Origin: Anaerobutyricum sp.
GTDB taxonomy: Bacteria > Bacillota > Clostridia > Lachnospirales > Lachnospiraceae
Assembly: GCA_963638365.1 (NCBI GenBank)
Contig: CAVHRK010000025.1
Coordinates: 30,705 to 94,704, forward strand
Direction of reading: 5' to 3'
Length of the DNA stretch: 64,000 nucleotides
The first letter of the stretch is position 1, and every line of letters begins with the position of its first letter. The position numbers and the translations under genes are program-made. Below are positions 59,269 to 64,000 of the stretch, in pieces. The notes beneath the pieces are model-generated. The model saw nothing but the letters and a program-made list of their open reading frames with translations. It made no database searches and had not been told where the DNA came from.

Positions 59269-60816
59269 ATGAGCACAGAAAGAAAACAACCCGAATGGCT
59301 TGACAATGCCGTATTCTATGAAATTTATCCCCAGTCCTTCCGTGATACCAACGCAGACGGTATCGGTGATTTTAACGGAATTATCGAAAAGCTGGACTAC
59401 ATTAAGGAACTGGGCTGTACCGCCCTCTGGCTGAATCCCTGCTTCCAGTCCCCCTTCGGTGATGCCGGATATGATGTGGAGGACTATTACACCGTGGCTC
59501 CCCGTTACGGAACCAACGAAGATCTTGTGCATTTATTTCAGGAAGCACACAAAAGAGACATGCATATCCTTCTTGACCTCGTTCCCGGCCACACGGCCGT
59601 TACCTGCAAGTGGTTCAAGGAATCCATGAAGGCAGAAAAGAATGAATATACCGACCGCTATGTCTGGACGGACAGCGCATGGGAATCCCCGGAAAATATG
59701 GCAACCATCCGTGGCATCTCCGATCGTGACGGTTCCTGCGTAGTAAACTTCTTTTCCCACCAGCCTGCTTTAAACTACGGCTTCTATCAGCCGGATCCGG
59801 AGAAAAAGTGGCAGCAGCCCATGGATGCAGAAGGTCCCATGGCTACCCGTGACGAATTAAAAAATATCATGCGCTTCTGGCTTTCCTTAGGATGTGACGG
59901 CTTCCGTGTGGATATGGCAGGCTCCCTTGTTAAAAATGATGTAGATGGAAAAGGCACAATCGCACTCTGGCAGGACATCCGTGAATTCCTGGATGAGGAA
60001 TTTCCGGCCGCTGCCATGGTCAGCGAATGGGGCGAACCGGATAAGAGTCTCATCGGCGGTTTCCATATGGACTTCCTGCTTCACTTCGGCCCTTCCCATT
60101 ACAACGATCTGTTCCGCTGCGAAGAGCCTTACTTCTCCCGCCGTGGAAAAGGAAGCGCGAAGGAATTTGTTGCCAAGTACTGTGAAAACTATGAAAAGAC
60201 CAACGGCAAAGGTCTGATCTGCATTCCCTCCGGCAATCACGACATGGATCGTCTGGCCCGTACCCTCGATCCTGAAGAAATGAAGATCGCTTTTGCGTTC
60301 CTGCTTTCCATGCCCGGCGCGCCGTTCATTTATTACGGTGATGAAATCGGCATGCGCTATGTCGAGAACTTAACTTCCGTAGAGGGTGGCTATAACCGTA
60401 CCGGTTCCCGTTCCCCGATGCAGTGGAACACTTCCGCGAATGCAGGCTTTTCTTCCGCTCCTTCCGAAAAGCTGTATGTTCCTGTGGATCCCGACCGGAA
60501 CCGCCCGAATGCAGAAAAGGAAATGGCAGATGACACCTCCCTTTACAGTGAAGTAAAGCGTCTGATTGCTTTCCGTATGGCTCACCCTGCCCTGCAGAGT
60601 ATGGCTGCGATCCACTTCCGCTCCGACGAGGATCCGCTCGTTTACGAACGTACCTGTAACGAAGAAAAGATTCTGGTGATCATTCATCCGGCAGACCGTA
60701 ACGTAGTTGTTCGGGATGTGAAAGGTGAGATCCTTTATACCGTTGGTGGAAATGCCTCTGTGACGGAAGATGGCCTTGCAGTCGATGGTGGAACTGCCGT
60801 GTTTGTGAAATTATAG
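59269..60816 (+). CDS. GH13 alpha-glucosidase / oligo-1,6-glucosidase-like enzyme
   Basis: ..FYEIYPQSFRDTNADGIGDFNGI..LKELGCTALWLNP.., region II GFRVDMAG, region III SEWGE, region IV SGNHDMDR. No signal peptide. Confidence 0.85.
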   Translation: MSTERKQPEWLDNAVFYEIYPQSFRDTNADGIGDFNGIIEKLDYIKELGCTALWLNPCFQSPFGDAGYDVEDYYTVAPRYGTNEDLVHLFQEAHKRDMHILLDLVPGHTAVTCKWFKESMKAEKNEYTDRYVWTDSAWESPENMATIRGISDRDGSCVVNFFSHQPALNYGFYQPDPEKKWQQPMDAEGPMATRDELKNIMRFWLSLGCDGFRVDMAGSLVKNDVDGKGTIALWQDIREFLDEEFPAAAMVSEWGEPDKSLIGGFHMDFLLHFGPSHYNDLFRCEEPYFSRRGKGSAKEFVAKYCENYEKTNGKGLICIPSGNHDMDRLARTLDPEEMKIAFAFLLSMPGAPFIYYGDEIGMRYVENLTSVEGGYNRTGSRSPMQWNTSANAGFSSAPSEKLYVPVDPDRNRPNAEKEMADDTSLYSEVKRLIAFRMAHPALQSMAAIHFRSDEDPLVYERTCNEEKILVIIHPADRNVVVRDVKGEILYTVGGNASVTEDGLAVDGGTAVFVKL

Positions 60817-60896
60817 TGCAAAACGGATGCTTCCTGTGGAATCATCCAATCATCACATACACACTGTATTCTTATCATCATATAATTAGAGAAAAT

Positions 60897-60949
60897 AAAA
60901 GACATATATTTCAAAGCTTACCACTGCTTGTAAATATATGTCTTTTTAT
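60897..60949 (+). terminator. Terminator after the GH13 gene
   Basis: 15-bp AT-rich stem AAAAGACATATATTT / AAATATATGTCTTTT followed by a T-run. Confidence 0.65.
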
Positions 60950-60965
60950 GTTGCAATGCATATGA

Positions 60966-60991
60966 GAAAATGATCCAGTGGATCATTTTTG
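60966..60991 (-). terminator. Terminator after metH
   Basis: Stem AATGATCC / GGATCATT (60969-60976 and 60980-60987), with flanking A and T runs. Confidence 0.6.
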
Positions 60992-61001
60992 AGTGATCTG
61001 T

Positions 61002-63431
61002 TTAATGCGATCCGTTCATCTCTGCAAATAACCGCTCTGCATAATACACAGACTGCATGGCATCCTTTCCATAGAAATCGGCACCGATCATATCCGCATA
61101 TTCCTGCGTCAGTACCGCACCGCCGACCATTACCTTACATTCCGGAACTTCCCTGCGAAGCTGTTTGATCGTCTCTTCCATGCTTTCTACGGTTGTGGTC
61201 ATTAAGGCACTCAATCCGACAAGCGGTGCGTGACTTTCTTTCACCGCTTCCACGACCGTTTCCGGAGGCACATCCTTTCCGAGATCAATCACATCATAAC
61301 CGTAATTTTCCAGCAGAACCTTTACGATGTTCTTTCCAATATCGTGGATATCGCCCTTCACAGTTGCAATGACGATCGTTCCCTTCTTCTCCTGTGCGAC
61401 GCCCTGGCTTGCAACGTATTCCTTAATGGCTTCGAATCCGGCCTTTGCCGCCTCCGCACTCATCAGGAGCTGTGGCAGGAACATCGTTCCCTTTTCAAAC
61501 CCCTGTCCGACAAGATCCAGTGCCGGAACCAGATCTTCATTGATGATTCCCATGGTGCCCTTCTTTGGCTTACCGGTTCCGTCATCCTCTAACAACTCCT
61601 TCGTTGCCCGGAATGCCGGCTCCTTCAAGCCCTTGACGATGCAGTCCTTTAAGCTGATCGCACCTTTTCCTGCGGCTGCATTACCTGCACCACCCGCTAC
61701 ATCGCTTACGACCTTAATCTGCATCGCTGCATACTTCTCGATATAGTCCCTGCACTGGCTGTCGAAGCCGCCAAGCACACAATAGGTATCGTACGCCTGA
61801 TGCATCAAGGCCGCATTCGGATTAATGATTCCGGCAGACAGTCCGGCATCCATTGCCATCGAGAAAAAGGCAGCATTGATGATTTCACGCTGTGGCAGTC
61901 CGAAGGAAATATTGGAAACACCAAGGACGGTTCTGCCTCCCTGTGCCTTAATGCCGCGTACGGTATCCAATGTCGTTCTGGCAGAAGAATCATCCGTACT
62001 CATCGTCATGGTGAGGGCATCGATGACGATGTCCTTCCGTTTAATTCCATACTCTTCGGCGGTACGGTAAATCTTCTCTGCAATGGCAAGTCTCCCTTCG
62101 GAGGTATTGGGAATGCCATCCTCATCCAGAGTCAGACCGACAACGGTTCCGCCATACTTCTGTACCAGCGGAAAAATTGCCCGCATGACTTCGTCTTTTC
62201 CGTTTACGGAATTGATCATCGGCTTTCCATTATAAATCCGCAGAGCCTGTTCCATAGCTTCCACGTTCGTGGTATCAATCTGTAACGGAAGCGGCAGGAC
62301 GCTCTGTAATTCATAAACGGTCCGCTTCATCATGGCCACTTCATCGATTTCCGGAAGTCCCACATTCACATCCAGAATATGTGCTCCGGAATCTGCCTGC
62401 TTCACGCCCTCTTCCAGAATGTATTCCATATTCTGATCGCGGAGTGCCTGCTTAAACTTTGACTTTCCGGTCGGATTAATCCGTTCGCCGATAATCATGG
62501 GTTTCTTGCCAAGCTCTACTGCCATGGAATAAGAAGTGACTATCGTTTCTTCCTTTTCTACAAGGGGCTTTGGTACGATGTCCTTACACCGTTCCGTCAG
62601 TGCCTTAATGTGTGCCGGGGTCGTGCCGCAGCATCCACCGGCCATCCATGCGCCCATGCGGATAATCTCTTCCACATCGGCTGCAAATTCTTCCGGATCG
62701 ACATCATATACCGTCTTCCCGTTTTCCGTTCTCGGAAGTCCGGCATTCGGTGTAATCACCAAAGGCAGGGAAGAAAGCTCTGCCATCTTTTCAAAAATCG
62801 GTTTCATCTGCTTCGGTCCAAGTCCGCAGTTCATGCCAAGTGCATCCACCCGGAGTCCCTCTAACATCGCAACCACAACCTCGGGGGATGCCCCGGTTAA
62901 CATCTTATGGCTTTCATCGAAAACCACCGTTGCAACAACCGGAAGATCCGAATTTTCCTTGGCTGCAAGAACGGCCGCCTTTAACTCATAGGTATCGCTC
63001 ATGGTTTCAATCAAAATCAAATCTGCTCCGGCAGCTGCCCCGATCTTTACCACTTCCGCATAAACCGATACGGCTTCCTCGAAATCAAGCGTTCCCATAG
63101 GCTTTAACAGCTTGCCAGTCGGTCCTAAATCAAGCGCGACATAGGCATTCCGTCCACATTCTGCAACTGCCTTTTTCGCATTCTTCACCGCTGCTTCCAC
63201 GATCTCCTGCAGATTATGATATTTAAAGCGGTTAGCCCCGAATGTATTGGCAAGAATGATGTCAGCCCCGGCTTCGAGGTATTCCTTATGAATTGCAAAC
63301 AGCTCCTCCGGCTTGCTTAAATTCCATGTTTCCGGAAGTTCTCCCGGCTTCAATCCCCTTGCCTGAAGGAGGGATCCTAATCCTCCATCAAAAAAGATCA
63401 TACGTTTTCCAAGTTCTTCTCTGATATTCAT
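61002..63431 (-). CDS. metH: Cobalamin-dependent methionine synthase core (Hcy-binding, pterin-binding, B12-binding modules; no activation domain)
   Basis: 809 aa. Hcy S-methyltransferase N-terminus with the ..GGCCGTTP.. zinc-site context, a pterin-binding barrel, and the B12 DxHxxG motif GDIHDIGKN. Confidence 0.9.
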   Translation of the reverse strand: MNIREELGKRMIFFDGGLGSLLQARGLKPGELPETWNLSKPEELFAIHKEYLEAGADIILANTFGANRFKYHNLQEIVEAAVKNAKKAVAECGRNAYVALDLGPTGKLLKPMGTLDFEEAVSVYAEVVKIGAAAGADLILIETMSDTYELKAAVLAAKENSDLPVVATVVFDESHKMLTGASPEVVVAMLEGLRVDALGMNCGLGPKQMKPIFEKMAELSSLPLVITPNAGLPRTENGKTVYDVDPEEFAADVEEIIRMGAWMAGGCCGTTPAHIKALTERCKDIVPKPLVEKEETIVTSYSMAVELGKKPMIIGERINPTGKSKFKQALRDQNMEYILEEGVKQADSGAHILDVNVGLPEIDEVAMMKRTVYELQSVLPLPLQIDTTNVEAMEQALRIYNGKPMINSVNGKDEVMRAIFPLVQKYGGTVVGLTLDEDGIPNTSEGRLAIAEKIYRTAEEYGIKRKDIVIDALTMTMSTDDSSARTTLDTVRGIKAQGGRTVLGVSNISFGLPQREIINAAFFSMAMDAGLSAGIINPNAALMHQAYDTYCVLGGFDSQCRDYIEKYAAMQIKVVSDVAGGAGNAAAGKGAISLKDCIVKGLKEPAFRATKELLEDDGTGKPKKGTMGIINEDLVPALDLVGQGFEKGTMFLPQLLMSAEAAKAGFEAIKEYVASQGVAQEKKGTIVIATVKGDIHDIGKNIVKVLLENYGYDVIDLGKDVPPETVVEAVKESHAPLVGLSALMTTTVESMEETIKQLRREVPECKVMVGGAVLTQEYADMIGADFYGKDAMQSVYYAERLFAEMNGSH

Positions 63432-63556
63432 TCCTGTCTTCCCATCCGGTAACCATTCCTGATTACCTGTATTTATTCGTTCTATCAGTAATTCTATTTT
63501 ATTGAAAATTGTAAACTTCTCTCAGGTTCACATTATTTTCTACAATCTATAACCTT

Positions 63557-64000
63557 CTATGTATTTCTCCGGTAGGCACATGTGGTATTCGCACAGGCTT
63601 CGCACCCTTCGATCCGACAGTGGTTATTAACTTCACTCACACCCATAATGGCGGTAACAGACTTTTCGGGAAGCATGATGTCTCCCTCGGATAAATAAAT
63701 TCCGGCCCGCTTCGTTGCCTCAATGGTGTCTAAGAACCGGCCCTGTATGGCAAGCGGCAGATCTCCGTATCCGGGACTGAAACGCGGCCGTAAGAAAAGG
63801 TGTTCTGCCTGCAGTTCCTCTTCTAATCTTCTCTGGCATTGGTCACAGTAGGCCTCCATCGCTGCTGCTCCCACTGCCTGTAAAATCGCAGCCTTCGTAA
63901 TGTTCAGCCTGCCAAAGCGTGTCATCAGCCGGTCCACACCATTTCCCAGTGTTGCAGCAAAGTAAATGACCTCCCGGCAGCCTCGCAGATTCGTAGAAAG
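63557..64000 (-). CDS. Stand-alone methionine synthase activation (AdoMet-binding) domain protein, 5'-truncated by the window edge
   Basis: ..RPRFSPGYGDLPL.. and ..EGCEACANTTCAYR... The frame stays open upstream of the track's GVDRLM start, out to position 64000 (..LSTNLRGCREVIYFAATLGNGVDRLM..). Confidence 0.75.
   Translation of the reverse strand, partial: LSTNLRGCREVIYFAATLGNGVDRLMTRFGRLNITKAAILQAVGAAAMEAYCDQCQRRLEEELQAEHLFLRPRFSPGYGDLPLAIQGRFLDTIEATKRAGIYLSEGDIMLPEKSVTAIMGVSEVNNHCRIEGCEACANTTCAYRRNT

Noticed and set aside
63432-63556. A riboswitch or attenuator between the activation-domain gene and metH
   Set aside because: There is only a 5-bp GGTAA/TTACC stem, and no SAM, B12 or T-box core motifs are recognisable. 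It is probably a plain intercistronic spacer.
1-64000. Mobile elements, prophage, CRISPR arrays, toxin-antitoxin or restriction/defence systems
   Set aside because: I looked for transposase, integrase or recombinase-like ORFs, terminal inverted repeats, regularly spaced direct repeats and small paired ORFs. None were found, and gene content is metabolic and housekeeping throughout.

Overview
64-kb chromosomal window from a medium-GC Firmicute, probably a Clostridia/Lachnospiraceae-type anaerobe. That guess rests on gene content and synteny only: scpA-scpB, era-yqzL-recO-glyQS, YesM/YesN-type two-component system, many sugar ABC importers. There are about 50 tightly packed protein genes, and all but four are on the minus strand. 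I found no rRNA, tRNA, CRISPR array, transposase, integrase or phage genes, and no recognisable defence genes. All family names are recalled from motifs read in the translations; nothing was searched. Left to right: (1) 1-9920, an eight-gene glycan-uptake operon: GH26 lipoprotein, DUF624, a 1004-aa solute-binding protein, two permeases, an NHL/TPR surface protein, a Yip1-like protein and a membrane-anchored protein truncated by the window edge. (2) 10203-15435, a five-gene biotin-dependent Na+-decarboxylase-type operon that carries both an acyl-CoA carboxyltransferase and an oxaloacetate/pyruvate (5S/OadA-type) carboxyltransferase. (3) 15.6-29.9 kb, housekeeping genes: two D-Ala-D-Ala carboxypeptidases, scpAB, deoC, rpsU, alaS, glyQS, recO, era. 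(4) 30-35 kb: an M16C peptidase, then a small module made of a zinc-ribbon membrane protein, a sigma-70 look-alike that stops after region 2.2, and a translationally coupled 145-aa protein. (5) 35161-40562, a 1415-aa double-activase/2-hydroxyacyl-CoA-dehydratase-like fusion coupled to a DUF4317-like gene. (6) 40.7-45.9 kb: an EAL-like/HDOD protein, then asparaginase, UDP-glucose dehydrogenase and UDP-glucuronate epimerase behind a 545-nt ORF-free leader. (7) 45.9-56.3 kb: a maltodextrin-type locus (glgP, permeases, two binding proteins, histidine kinase, AraC-type response regulator). (8) ftsH coupled to an AraC regulator, a GH13 enzyme, and a split methionine synthase. The best candidates for something undescribed are the accessory proteins wired into the ABC operon (1-3196), the truncated sigma module (32984-35007), the dual-carboxyltransferase operon, and the activase-fusion/DUF4317 pair. 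None can be proven from sequence alone.
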